A stretch of DNA of 64,000 bases from Actinomycetota bacterium (GTDB lineage Bacteria > Actinomycetota > Actinomycetes > S36-B12 > UBA5976), in assembly GCA_009923495.1 (NCBI GenBank), contig RFTJ01000001.1:12879-76878 (forward strand), written 5' to 3'. Under the pieces are notes generated by a model. It did no database searches. It was not told the DNA's origin and worked only from the letters and a program-made list of their open reading frames with translations. This document shows, one piece after another, positions 16,897 to 25,155 of this stretch. The translations under genes and the position numbers were made by a program. Positions within the stretch are counted from its first letter, which is position 1; each line of letters opens with the position of its first letter.

Positions 16897-17994
16897 ATGT
16901 TAACTCTTGTCACTGAATTGATTGAGAAATGCTTCAGTTACACTTTCGGTATGGATAATGTGCGAATCCTTGGTCATAGCGCCGTGCGCGCTGCCCTTCG
17001 AGATACCGAGACATACTCCTCGGATCTTCAAGGCGATGCCGATGTCAGAAACTACCGACAAATTCCGTTAGAGGTTGACCCTCCCCGACACCACTTGTAC
17101 CGAAGTGCACTTGCGCCAATCTTTGTCCGACCAAAGATTCAGTCGCTTGAATCTAATTTTGCGCAACTGGCTCAGAAAATACTTGGCGACTTCAGCAAAA
17201 ATGGCGGTGGCGATTTCATCGGTGAAGTTGCTCTTAAATATGTAATTGGTTGCCTCGGTGAGATTTACGACAGGCAGCAAGATGTGGCTGAATGGCTGAG
17301 TTGGGGACCTGATGTCTGGACTGCGGACAAGCATGGGCGTTCGGGTGAGAAATTACACTCCTATTTAGATCGCGTTTACGAAGAGGTTCAGAATACCGAT
17401 ACATCTGATGTTTGGAATTTTGTCGCAAATCTAGAAATAGGGGGGCAGAAAATTGGCTACGAAGAATTCAAAGGTATCGCTGGGGTGCTGTTGGCTGGTG
17501 GCCGCGATACAGTCGTAAAACTTTTGACGGGTTGTGCTTGGCACTTTGTCCGCAATCCACAAGACGGAAAAGCCATTTTGAGCGGCGAAGCTAGTTTAGA
17601 AAATGCCATCCAAGAAATCTTGCGGGTGTTTACTCCACTGCCCGCGATGCTCAGGGTCACTGAAGACCAAAAACATTTGTCGGACACTGAACGCGATCCA
17701 GCAAAGTTTATTGCGGTCGATTTTGCATCGGCGAATTATGATTCAGAAGTATTCGAGAATCCAGAACAGATAGATATTTACCGAAAACGGATTCCACATT
17801 TGTCTTTCGGATTCGGTCCGCACACTTGCATCGGCAGTCACATAGCTGAAACTGAAGCAAAGGTCCTATTGGGCCAAATTCTGCCAATCATAGAAACTTG
17901 GCATTTTGACCACGAACCAGAAATTGCCTGGCAAGAGGTTGGCACAACCAATTTCCCAGAGCGATTTTTAACTATGCAGATTTCGGTTAACTAA
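16897..17994 (+). CDS. Cytochrome P450 (compact, short N-terminus)
   Basis: Heme-thiolate loop FGFGPHTCIGSHIAE, ExxR (EILR) and I-helix LLAGGRDTV. The start is ambiguous among TTG 16858, ATG 16897 and ATG 16951; the reading frame opens at 16840. Confidence 0.85.
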   Translation: MLTLVTELIEKCFSYTFGMDNVRILGHSAVRAALRDTETYSSDLQGDADVRNYRQIPLEVDPPRHHLYRSALAPIFVRPKIQSLESNFAQLAQKILGDFSKNGGGDFIGEVALKYVIGCLGEIYDRQQDVAEWLSWGPDVWTADKHGRSGEKLHSYLDRVYEEVQNTDTSDVWNFVANLEIGGQKIGYEEFKGIAGVLLAGGRDTVVKLLTGCAWHFVRNPQDGKAILSGEASLENAIQEILRVFTPLPAMLRVTEDQKHLSDTERDPAKFIAVDFASANYDSEVFENPEQIDIYRKRIPHLSFGFGPHTCIGSHIAETEAKVLLGQILPIIETWHFDHEPEIAWQEVGTTNFPERFLTMQISVN

Positions 17995-18004
17995 GTAGAG
18001 CTAA

Positions 18005-19924
18005 CTAAGTAATTTCAGTTTCATCAACGAACTGTCTTGCATACAAGTCGGCATACAGCCCACCGCTGGCAAGTAGTTCATCATGAGTTCCTTGCTGCAC
18101 GACTGTTCCATTCTCCACGACTAAAATCTGACTTGCTTGTCGAATTGTTGAGAGCCGATGGGCAATTACAATTGAAGTTCGTGCTGATAACGCCTTGGTT
18201 AGCGCCAACTGAACCGCGGCCTCATTCTCGCTATCAAGATGCGCTGTTGCCTCGTCAAGTACAACAACTGCTGGCGCTTTGAGTAGCAGACGTGCAATAG
18301 CCAACCGCTGTTTCTCGCCACCAGAGAGTCGGTATCCACGATCGCCAACTACGGTGTCCAGACCATCAGGAAGACTTCGAAGCATTTCAGCAATTTGAGC
18401 ATCCTCACAGGCCTGCCAAAGTTCAGATTCAGTAGCGTCATTGCGGGCATAAAGCAGATTAGCCCTGATGGTGTCGTGATACATGTGTGCATCCTGGGAA
18501 ACTACACCTACTACATCATGTAAGGATTGCTGGGATGCATCTCGCACATCAACGCCATTTACTTTGACTGTTCCTGAAATTGGATCATATAGCCGAGAAA
18601 CTAGGGCGGTGATTGTCGTCTTGCCTGCGCCGGAAGGTCCCACCAGTGCCACTAATTCACCAGGACGCGCAGTAAATGAAATGTTGCTCAGCACCAATGC
18701 TTCGGAGGTACTTGTCTCGGGCCTAGCTACTCCCTCAAGGCTGGCCAAAGAAACTTCATGTGATGCAGGATATCTAAAACTCACGTCTGCGAATTCAACC
18801 GTAGCTGGTCCTTTGTCCAGTGCGGTTGCATCTGGCTTATCGCGAACCATGGGTTGCAAATCAAGTACTTCAAAGACGCGTTCAAATGAAACGAGTGAAG
18901 TCATGATGTCCACTCGAACATTCGCCAGCGCAGTAAGCGGACCATAGAGTCTGAAAATCAGCGCTACTAGAGTCAGTAGTGTGCCTAGGGTCATTGACTT
19001 GTTTATTACCGCGTAGCCACCCACACCGTAAACAGCCGCCGTAGCTAGTGAACCCACAAGTGCAAGTGCGGACATAAAAACACTATTGGCTACCGCGATC
19101 TTGATGCCCACATCTCGGACTTTCATTGCTTTGTCCGAAAACTGATTTGTCTCGGTTTTTGGATTGCCGAAAAACTTCATCAGCAACGCCCCGGAGACAT
19201 TGAACCGCTCGGCCATCTGGGCACTAAGTTCAGAATTCATATTGGCTTGATCGCGGGTTAGCACCTGAAGTTGTCGACCAATAATCCGAGCAGGAATGAT
19301 AAAAACAGGTAAGAGAAGTAAGGCGGCAACCGTGATTTGCCACGACAAAATTGCCATCGTACCGATAACTACGACCAGGCTAATCACATTCCCAACAACG
19401 CCACCAAGAGTTGAAGTGAAGGCGCGTTGGGCACCCATTACATCCGAATTCAGTCGAGAGATCAATGCGCCTGTTTGTGCCTTAGTAAAGAAAGCAATTG
19501 ACTGACGCTGCACGTGGTCAAACACTTCGGTGCGAAGATTGAAAATCAAGCCTTCGCCAATATCGGCTTGGACCTTGCGGGAAAAAATTCCAAGTGCCAA
19601 TTCAATGAGCGCTAACCCTGCAATAGCAAGCGCCATATACAGGACCGCACGCTTGTCCTGGGCAGGAATAGCGTGGTCAACGATTTGTCGAAAAAGTAAC
19701 GGCTGGGCAATTACCAGCAATGAACTCACCACAAGTACACCAAGATAAATAGCGATACCCAGCTTGAATGGCTGTGAATAGCTAACGACCCGGCGAAGTG
19801 TGCCCTTGGCTAATTTCTGTTGTTTAACTGAAGAATCGGAGGTAAATGATCGATATGCCATCCATGGTCCACCTGCATGCATACTCATTTTTGTGAAAAG
19901 GCTCCTTCTAGCTATTAACGACAT
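18005..19924 (-). CDS. ABC exporter, fused permease/ATPase (MsbA/multidrug-type, type I exporter half-transporter)
   Basis: 639 aa with an N-terminal 6-TM domain. Walker A GPSGAGKTT, signature LSGGEKQRLAIAR, Walker B VVVLDEATAHLD. The start could instead be a downstream Met (M13, M15 or M22). Confidence 0.9.
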   Translation of the reverse strand: MSLIARRSLFTKMSMHAGGPWMAYRSFTSDSSVKQQKLAKGTLRRVVSYSQPFKLGIAIYLGVLVVSSLLVIAQPLLFRQIVDHAIPAQDKRAVLYMALAIAGLALIELALGIFSRKVQADIGEGLIFNLRTEVFDHVQRQSIAFFTKAQTGALISRLNSDVMGAQRAFTSTLGGVVGNVISLVVVIGTMAILSWQITVAALLLLPVFIIPARIIGRQLQVLTRDQANMNSELSAQMAERFNVSGALLMKFFGNPKTETNQFSDKAMKVRDVGIKIAVANSVFMSALALVGSLATAAVYGVGGYAVINKSMTLGTLLTLVALIFRLYGPLTALANVRVDIMTSLVSFERVFEVLDLQPMVRDKPDATALDKGPATVEFADVSFRYPASHEVSLASLEGVARPETSTSEALVLSNISFTARPGELVALVGPSGAGKTTITALVSRLYDPISGTVKVNGVDVRDASQQSLHDVVGVVSQDAHMYHDTIRANLLYARNDATESELWQACEDAQIAEMLRSLPDGLDTVVGDRGYRLSGGEKQRLAIARLLLKAPAVVVLDEATAHLDSENEAAVQLALTKALSARTSIVIAHRLSTIRQASQILVVENGTVVQQGTHDELLASGGLYADLYARQFVDETEIT

Positions 19925-19986
19925 TAGACGAAATCGAAATTCGCAACAGATTAATTTCTTAATTAAAAATCTAATTAGTACTAATC

Positions 19987-20055
19987 GTCTAGCCGCTGTT
20001 ACAGTTGTCTAACCGTATTTGTTGGTTCGTCTAACATTCTATGCAGATTGTCTAA
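19987..20055. promoter_or_regulatory. Four phased direct repeats of (T/C)GTCTA(A/G) in the ABC exporter / LuxR intergenic region
   Basis: The four boxes are ctaatCGTCTAGccg (19987), acagtTGTCTAAccg (20007), tggttCGTCTAAcat (20029) and cagatTGTCTAAtct (20050). Spacings are 20, 22 and 21 bp, about two helical turns. An inverted TTAGAC at 19924..19929 abuts the ABC start codon. Confidence 0.4.
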
Positions 20056-20088
20056 TCTTTATCTGAATCCAAGGCATCACTCCAGCGC

Positions 20089-20105
20089 GGTCACCTAATG
20101 TGACC
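20089..20105. promoter_or_regulatory. Perfect inverted repeat GGTCAC-N5-GTGACC immediately upstream of the LuxR-type gene RBS
   Basis: The sequence ggtcacctaatgtgacc is read directly and ends 6 nt before the AAAGG SD. Confidence 0.3.
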
Positions 20106-20127
20106 TAAAGAAAGGTGAGTGATTCTC

Positions 20128-20418
20128 ATGGTAACAATCCCCACAATCACCCGTGAATTAACTCCATTTGAGCACGCCGTGCTTAAGTTGGTATGCGACG
20201 GGTTAACAAACGCTGCGATAGCTCAAGAGATCCATCACAGCGAAAAAGTAATCGAAAATACGGTCAGCCGAGCAGCACAGGCATTTGTTATTGAGCAGCG
20301 TCAGCAGCACAACCTTCGTGTTCTGATTTCTCTGGCTTACCGTGCCCATTTTGGCGACACTGCGCTACGAAAACTAGAACCAGTTCAGCAGGAACAGGAA
20401 CTTTTGGCTTCTGCCTAG
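20128..20418 (+). CDS. Stand-alone LuxR/GerE-family helix-turn-helix regulator (no receiver or ligand domain)
   Basis: LTPFEHAVLKLVCDGLTNAAIAQEIHHSEKVIENTVSRA matches the GerE HTH consensus (LT.RE.EVL.L...G.sN.eIA..L..S.kTV..H). I prefer the ATG at 20128, with AAAGGTGAG upstream, over the GTG at 20119. Confidence 0.8.
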   Translation: MVTIPTITRELTPFEHAVLKLVCDGLTNAAIAQEIHHSEKVIENTVSRAAQAFVIEQRQQHNLRVLISLAYRAHFGDTALRKLEPVQQEQELLASA

Positions 20419-20431
20419 TTTAAACGCTACT

Positions 20432-20471
20432 AAAAACGGCGATCGCCAGAAATCTGGAAGTCGCCGTTTTT
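20432..20471. terminator. Bidirectional Rho-independent terminator between convergent LuxR-type and collagen-like genes
   Basis: The structure is AAAAACGGCGA-tcg-CCAGA-aa-TCTGG-aag-TCGCCGTTTTT. It is an interrupted long stem flanked by an A-run and a T-run, so it could work on both strands. Confidence 0.6.
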
Positions 20472-20502
20472 AATTTGCGGAATTTCATCTCGCTTGCAAG
20501 GC

Positions 20503-21795
20503 CTACTGCACCTGATTGACTGTGAGAATGATAGATGGAACAGCAGGGCGCGTTGGCACCGTATCAGCCGGTACGGCTTGTAACTGAATTGATGTTTCTG
20601 GCGAAGACCAAACTAGTTCGTAATAATCACCAGGAGCAGTCACTGTTACATACCAGTTCCAGGCGGCAACTAGATGGCCAGAGTTGGCCACCAGGGTCAG
20701 TTTGGTATTGCTTTGCGAAACATTAACGCCGTTGTTGCGAAGCCAGATGTCAATATCTTCGGCCGTTCCGCCACTAGTTCTATCTAGCTGGGCTGAGAAT
20801 TGCACGTTGTATATGCCTGGGTTAGCAAATGTTATTTGTGATCCAGCAACTACCGAAACACCATTGGAAATATCCGTTGTATTGAAAGTCATTAAGTTCG
20901 CTGTTGAGGCCACTGGGTTGGTCTGAGTGGTGGTATCAAAAAATGAACCGAGGTATCCAAAGCCACTGATGCCAGGTGGTCCACTCGGTCCTGGATCTCC
21001 CTGAGGTCCAGGTGGTCCACTCGGTCCTGGATCTCCTGGCAAGCCAGGCAAACCGGGCACACCAGCAATACCCTGCGGACCTGGCGATCCAGTCGGACCT
21101 GGTTCACCTTGAATGCCTTGAATTCCTGGTTCACCTTGTGGTCCAGCAGGACCTATCTCGCCTTGTAGTCCCTGAATGCCTGGTAAGCCTTGCTCACCTT
21201 GTGGTCCAGCAGGACCTATCTCGCCTTGCTCACCTTGTAGACCAGGCGAGCCAGTTGGACCTGGTGCTCCTTGTACTCCGGCAGTGCCTGAAGGTCCCGG
21301 CGAGCCACTTGGGCCAGGAGCGCCTGAAGGTCCGGGTTGTCCAGCAGGCCCACGTTTGCCAATTAGTCCACGCGGCCCGACTGAACCTGGCTCCCCCTGT
21401 ACGCCATCGTTACCATCCAGTCCTGCTTGGCCATCGATGCCGTCAATTCCATCGGTTCCTGATATTCCAGGTTCACCTACCAGCGAATTAAGGAAGTCTT
21501 GCATTGAACCGTCATTACCCGCAGCTAGCCACAAGTCATACGCGCTAGCGCCTTCGCAAATCTGGTTATCTGATGCCGATTCGTTTTTGCTAAAGGCAAC
21601 AGGCTTGGCTGCATTTGAGCTGCTCGGACACGCAGACTTGTCGCTTATTTTTTGATAGTCGTCAAGGGAGCAAAAGCGCAAAAGGAAATAGAGGGCGATC
21701 GCCAATCCGGCTAAGAGCAAACTGCTTATCGAAGTATTGCGTATGCCTCGATGGGTGTGATTTTTTACAGATTCAGTTGTTTTTTCTTCACTCAT
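20503..21795 (-). CDS. Membrane-anchored collagen-like triple-helix repeat protein with globular C-terminal domain
   Basis: 430 aa. The N-terminal TM anchor is [19 protein letters not shown] pre-collagen motif [28 protein letters not shown] follows. There are 57 uninterrupted Gly-X-Y triplets (aa 107-278; nt 20962..21477). The ~150-aa beta-rich C-terminal domain includes [17 protein letters not shown]. Confidence 0.85.
   Translation of the reverse strand: MSEEKTTESVKNHTHRGIRNTSISSLLLAGLAIALYFLLRFCSLDDYQKISDKSACPSSSNAAKPVAFSKNESASDNQICEGASAYDLWLAAGNDGSMQDFLNSLVGEPGISGTDGIDGIDGQAGLDGNDGVQGEPGSVGPRGLIGKRGPAGQPGPSGAPGPSGSPGPSGTAGVQGAPGPTGSPGLQGEQGEIGPAGPQGEQGLPGIQGLQGEIGPAGPQGEPGIQGIQGEPGPTGSPGPQGIAGVPGLPGLPGDPGPSGPPGPQGDPGPSGPPGISGFGYLGSFFDTTTQTNPVASTANLMTFNTTDISNGVSVVAGSQITFANPGIYNVQFSAQLDRTSGGTAEDIDIWLRNNGVNVSQSNTKLTLVANSGHLVAAWNWYVTVTAPGDYYELVWSSPETSIQLQAVPADTVPTRPAVPSIILTVNQVQ
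20972..21036. repeat. Intragenic direct repeat: 29-nt unit duplicated at 36-bp offset inside the collagen-like gene
   Basis: ccaggtggtccactcggtcctggatctcc occurs at 20972..21000 and again at 21008..21036. It encodes the duplicated [10 protein letters not shown]. Confidence 0.9.
21131..21228. repeat. Intragenic direct repeat: 35-nt unit duplicated at 63-bp offset inside the collagen-like gene
   Basis: tcaccttgtggtccagcaggacctatctcgccttg occurs at 21131..21165 and again at 21194..21228. It encodes the duplicated [11 protein letters not shown]. Confidence 0.9.
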
Positions 21796-21905
21796 ACCTT
21801 CAGTTCTAATTTCAAAACTGTGAAATTTTCATTTTTTATTCGTCAGCAGAGTGGTAACTCCGGCAGGAAACACTACATTTCGGCACTGCATGTTGCCAAC
21901 AGGCT

Positions 21906-23384
21906 GTGCCTACCGACCTAAACTTGATTGTGGTTGCTAAGACTAGAACTCGTGAGCCAAGATTTGGAGAAAACTTGAGCATCGAACTAAATGGCGTAAA
22001 TTTCATTTCGGAAAACGAACGGCACGGAAATCCGCGCAATCTATTTTGGCCGTGGTGCGCTGCCAATGTTTCCTTCCTTGCGATTTCATACGGATCTTTC
22101 TTTTTGGGATTTGGAATCACAATTTGGCAAGTTGTTGTTACGGCGGTGATCGGAACCGTTGGCGCATTTACCCTCGTGGCGGTCAGCTCGCTAGCTGGCA
22201 AGAAATCAAATGCTCCCACCATGATCTTGTCGCGCGCTTCTTTTGGGGTTAAAGGGAATTTGGTACCAGGTCTACTTTCCTATCTGACCTTTGTCGGTTG
22301 GGAGACGGTATTAGTTTCCCTGGCGACTTTGGCTACCGAAACAGTGTTTACTCGGCTAGGAGATATGTCGGCCAACTCTTCACGAATCTTAGGCTTCACA
22401 GTGGCCGCTAGCTTAACAATTTTCTGCGGAATCCTGGGCTTTGAAGTCATTATGCGGCTGCAGCGTTGGCTGACGATTGCCACATTGGTATTAACTCTCG
22501 GCTATTTCATTCTGATGTTTTCCAAGATTGACTGGAGTGCGCTAAGCAAACTACCTACAGGTAACTTGCAGTCCATGATTGGGGCAACTGTCTTGGCCAT
22601 GACTGGCATCGGGTTGGGTTGGGTAAATTCAGCAGCAGACTATTCTCGGTACCTGCCCCGCAATTCCTCGAGTACTGGCGTAATTGGTTGGACCATATTC
22701 GGCTCATCGCTTGTGCCAATCTTGATGGTTATATTCGGAGCGCTTTTGGCAGGCAGTAGCTCAACGCTCAACGAGAGTATCGCTGGCGATCCGGTGGGAG
22801 CGCTCACTTCGGCACTACCCACGTGGTATTTGATTCCGTTTGCAATTGTTGCCGTACTAGGTCTAGTGGGCGGAGCAATTCTTGATCTGTATTCATCTGG
22901 ATTGACCTTGGTTTCAATTGGACTGCCCGTAAAGCGACACCTAGCCGCCGCAATCGACGGAGGCATTATGGCATTAGGAACTATTTACTTTGTTTGGATT
23001 GCCAGCAGCTTTTTTGGCGCCTTCCAGGGATTTTTGATTACGTTAGGTGTGCCACTGGCTGCCTGGTCAGGAATTTTTGTCACCGATGTTGTCCTTCGGA
23101 AAAAGAACTACGCTGAGGCCGATTTGTTCAACCCTGAGGGAATCTACGGAAGTTGGAATTTGCGAAGCATTGGCGTGTTGTCAGTTGCCACTTTTTTGGG
23201 CTTTGGATTGGTGACCAATAGTTTTGCCGGGTGGCTCTCCTGGCAAGGTTACTTACTGGGACCTCTTGGTGGGAAGTCAGGCTCATGGGCCTCTACGAAC
23301 ATTGGCGTAATCATCGCGCTAATAGTTGGTGCTGGCGGGTATGCACTGACAAACCGCAGACAAATTGCACAACAAGAGGCCTGA
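21906..23384 (+). CDS. NCS1-family nucleobase permease (purine-cytosine/allantoin permease type)
   Basis: 492 aa with about 12 TM segments. The N-terminal LSIELNGVNFISENERHGNPRNLFWPWCAANVS resembles the NCS1 entry motif. The start is GTG and is uncertain. Confidence 0.8.
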   Translation: MPTDLNLIVVAKTRTREPRFGENLSIELNGVNFISENERHGNPRNLFWPWCAANVSFLAISYGSFFLGFGITIWQVVVTAVIGTVGAFTLVAVSSLAGKKSNAPTMILSRASFGVKGNLVPGLLSYLTFVGWETVLVSLATLATETVFTRLGDMSANSSRILGFTVAASLTIFCGILGFEVIMRLQRWLTIATLVLTLGYFILMFSKIDWSALSKLPTGNLQSMIGATVLAMTGIGLGWVNSAADYSRYLPRNSSSTGVIGWTIFGSSLVPILMVIFGALLAGSSSTLNESIAGDPVGALTSALPTWYLIPFAIVAVLGLVGGAILDLYSSGLTLVSIGLPVKRHLAAAIDGGIMALGTIYFVWIASSFFGAFQGFLITLGVPLAAWSGIFVTDVVLRKKNYAEADLFNPEGIYGSWNLRSIGVLSVATFLGFGLVTNSFAGWLSWQGYLLGPLGGKSGSWASTNIGVIIALIVGAGGYALTNRRQIAQQEA

Positions 23385-23452
23385 GAAAGCACGCAAATCA
23401 ATAGACTTGTCTCAGACAAAAGAATTTTGCTCTATTCAAGGCTAGGTGAATA

Positions 23453-24265
23453 ATGCGTTTTACTGCCAAAATTTTTCTCTCAGTGATTGCTTTTGTTAGC
23501 ATCCTTATGGCACTAGGCACTTATGCGGTAAATCAAAAACTTGGCTCAGCCCAGAACACAACAGCAACAGTTAACTCCATGTTGCAAAATGATGGAGTTG
23601 CTTTGGCGGTTGGAACTGCTGTGGTGGACCAGTTACTCAAGGATGCAAAACCTAAAGATGTGGCGGCGATTAATTCGCCTAGATCTGTGTTAAACAAAGC
23701 GGCGGCTAAAGCAGTGCAAAGGTACAGCGACCCAATTTCGGTTGCGGCTGGAAAAACCTACGATGCAGTTCTCAATAACGAATCCGCCCGAATCAACGTT
23801 CGGCCATTTTTAGTGGCTACCGCTCGGGCACTTCATGCTGTTGAACCGAAAATACCTGGCAAAATTGGTTCAGGTGATGCTGGAATTATTGTCATCAAGA
23901 AAGACACGTCTCGAAATCACCTAGCGATGGTCAAGGCGCTCACCAAGATTAAGCAATTGGTCAACATGTGGTGGCTATTCCTGCTGGTTGCCTTGGGGTT
24001 ATTTATTGGCATTTCAGTCGTGGACAAGCGCAGTGGTGTTGGCGCTTGGCGCTGGCCAGGCTACATCCTTTTTGTAACTGGCGGACTTTGGCTTCTGCTC
24101 GCTTCAATCTTGCCCAAACTTGCAAGCCAGAAAGTGGCATTAGATAAACAAGATGTCTTCAACACCGCTACTGGCGCGCTGGATGGTGGACTCATGGCAG
24201 CAGCGACCGGGGCAATACTCGTGGGTGCAATTTTGATTGTTGTTTCGTTCGTTGTGCGAAATTAA
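23453..24265 (+). CDS. Hypothetical membrane protein
   Basis: 270 aa with an N-terminal TM (IFLSVIAFVSILMALGTYAV), a ~150-aa soluble region and three C-terminal TM segments. I recognised no family motif. Confidence 0.55.
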   Translation: MRFTAKIFLSVIAFVSILMALGTYAVNQKLGSAQNTTATVNSMLQNDGVALAVGTAVVDQLLKDAKPKDVAAINSPRSVLNKAAAKAVQRYSDPISVAAGKTYDAVLNNESARINVRPFLVATARALHAVEPKIPGKIGSGDAGIIVIKKDTSRNHLAMVKALTKIKQLVNMWWLFLLVALGLFIGISVVDKRSGVGAWRWPGYILFVTGGLWLLLASILPKLASQKVALDKQDVFNTATGALDGGLMAAATGAILVGAILIVVSFVVRN

Positions 24266-24311
24266 CCGGAAATCTGTTTAATCCATTGACTCTTTGAAGT
24301 AGGTTCAAACT

Positions 24312-25010
24312 ATGACAGTACACATCGGCGCTAATCGTGGCGACGTAGCCGAAACAATTCTCTTACCCGGTGATCCCTTGCGCGCTCAATGGATAGCGCA
24401 AAATTTTCTCACTGATGCCAAGCAGTACAACACTGTTCGCAACATGTTCGGTTTTACTGGCAACTACCTGGGTCATCGCGTTTCTGTTCAAGGAACAGGG
24501 ATGGGAGTTCCCTCGCTTTCGATCTATGTTCACGAACTCTTTAATGATTTTGATGTCCAAACCGCAATTCGAGTGGGCACTTGTGGCGGCATCGGGAGCT
24601 CCAAATTGCACGACATCATTATTGCGATGGCGGCCTCTACTGACTCCGGAATTAATCGCAGACTAACGGGCGGCTTGGACTTTGCGCCGATAGCTGACTT
24701 CGATTTGTTGGCAAATGCAGTTCAAGTAGCGAAGGCTAAAGGTCTTCCCTATCACGTAGGAGGCATTGCCACAATGGATCGGTTTTACGACAACTCGAAC
24801 GCTGTTGATGTGCTTGAGAGTCTTGGGGTACTTGGCCTTGAAATGGAGACTAGCGGTCTCTACACCATTGCGGCCCAATTCAACCGCAGAGCACTAACTA
24901 TCTGCACAGTCAGTGATGTAATTAGAACGCACGAGGCCACCACTGCACAAGAGCGTGAAACTACTTTTAGTTCAATGATTGAGTTGGCGTTGGAAGCAGC
25001 CTTTCAATAG
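24312..25010 (+). CDS. deoD: Purine nucleoside phosphorylase, DeoD type
   Basis: It aligns by eye with E. coli DeoD: LLPGDPLRAQWIAQNFL, NMFGFTGNY.G..VSVQGTGMGVPSLSIY, RVGTCGG, EMETSGLY. Confidence 0.9.
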   Translation: MTVHIGANRGDVAETILLPGDPLRAQWIAQNFLTDAKQYNTVRNMFGFTGNYLGHRVSVQGTGMGVPSLSIYVHELFNDFDVQTAIRVGTCGGIGSSKLHDIIIAMAASTDSGINRRLTGGLDFAPIADFDLLANAVQVAKAKGLPYHVGGIATMDRFYDNSNAVDVLESLGVLGLEMETSGLYTIAAQFNRRALTICTVSDVIRTHEATTAQERETTFSSMIELALEAAFQ

Positions 25011-25013
25011 CTG

Positions 25014-25086
25014 CTCCCCCGGTTGGACTCGAACCAACAACCTGCCGGTTAACAGCCGGCTGCTCTGCCAATTGAGCTACAGGGGA
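25014..25086 (-). tRNA. tRNA-Asn (anticodon GTT)
   Basis: The full cloverleaf folds by hand: acceptor TCCCCTG/CGGGGGA, D arm GCTC-AATTGGCA-GAGC, anticodon arm GCCGG-CTGTTAA-CCGGC, T arm GTTGG-TTCGAGT-CCAAC, discriminator G. CCA is not encoded. Confidence 0.95.
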
Positions 25087-25155
25087 TTGACCCGATAAAT
25101 ACTAACAGTGACCCCTAGTCTGATGCACATTTGGCTGGGAATCAGGGCACTGCTC

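Noticed and set aside
20962-21477. Highly repetitive DNA was considered as a possible CRISPR or non-coding tandem array.
   Set aside because: The periodicity is 9 bp, in frame and coding (Gly-X-Y). There is no repeat-spacer architecture and there are no cas genes in the window.
20976-21655. Two long plus-strand ORFs (171 aa and 159 aa, Pro/Gly/Cys-rich) lie opposite the collagen-like gene.
   Set aside because: They are mirror-image artefacts of the GXY codon periodicity (GGN-CCN on one strand reads as Pro/Gly-rich on the other). They have no SD or signal features. The minus-strand frame has a coherent TM anchor, 57 GXY triplets and a globular domain.
21796-21905. A riboswitch (purine, TPP or other) was considered upstream of the NCS1 nucleobase permease.
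   Set aside because: The 110-bp spacer shows none of the conserved cores I can recall for purine, TPP, preQ1 or ZTP riboswitches, and no convincing multi-stem fold.
25014-25086. tRNA-Asn was considered as the attachment site of an integrated element covering the accessory genes to its 3' side.
   Set aside because: There is no integrase, excisionase or phage/ICE gene nearby, and I could not spot a duplicated tRNA 3' segment by eye. This is only a manual scan, so a computational repeat search is still warranted.
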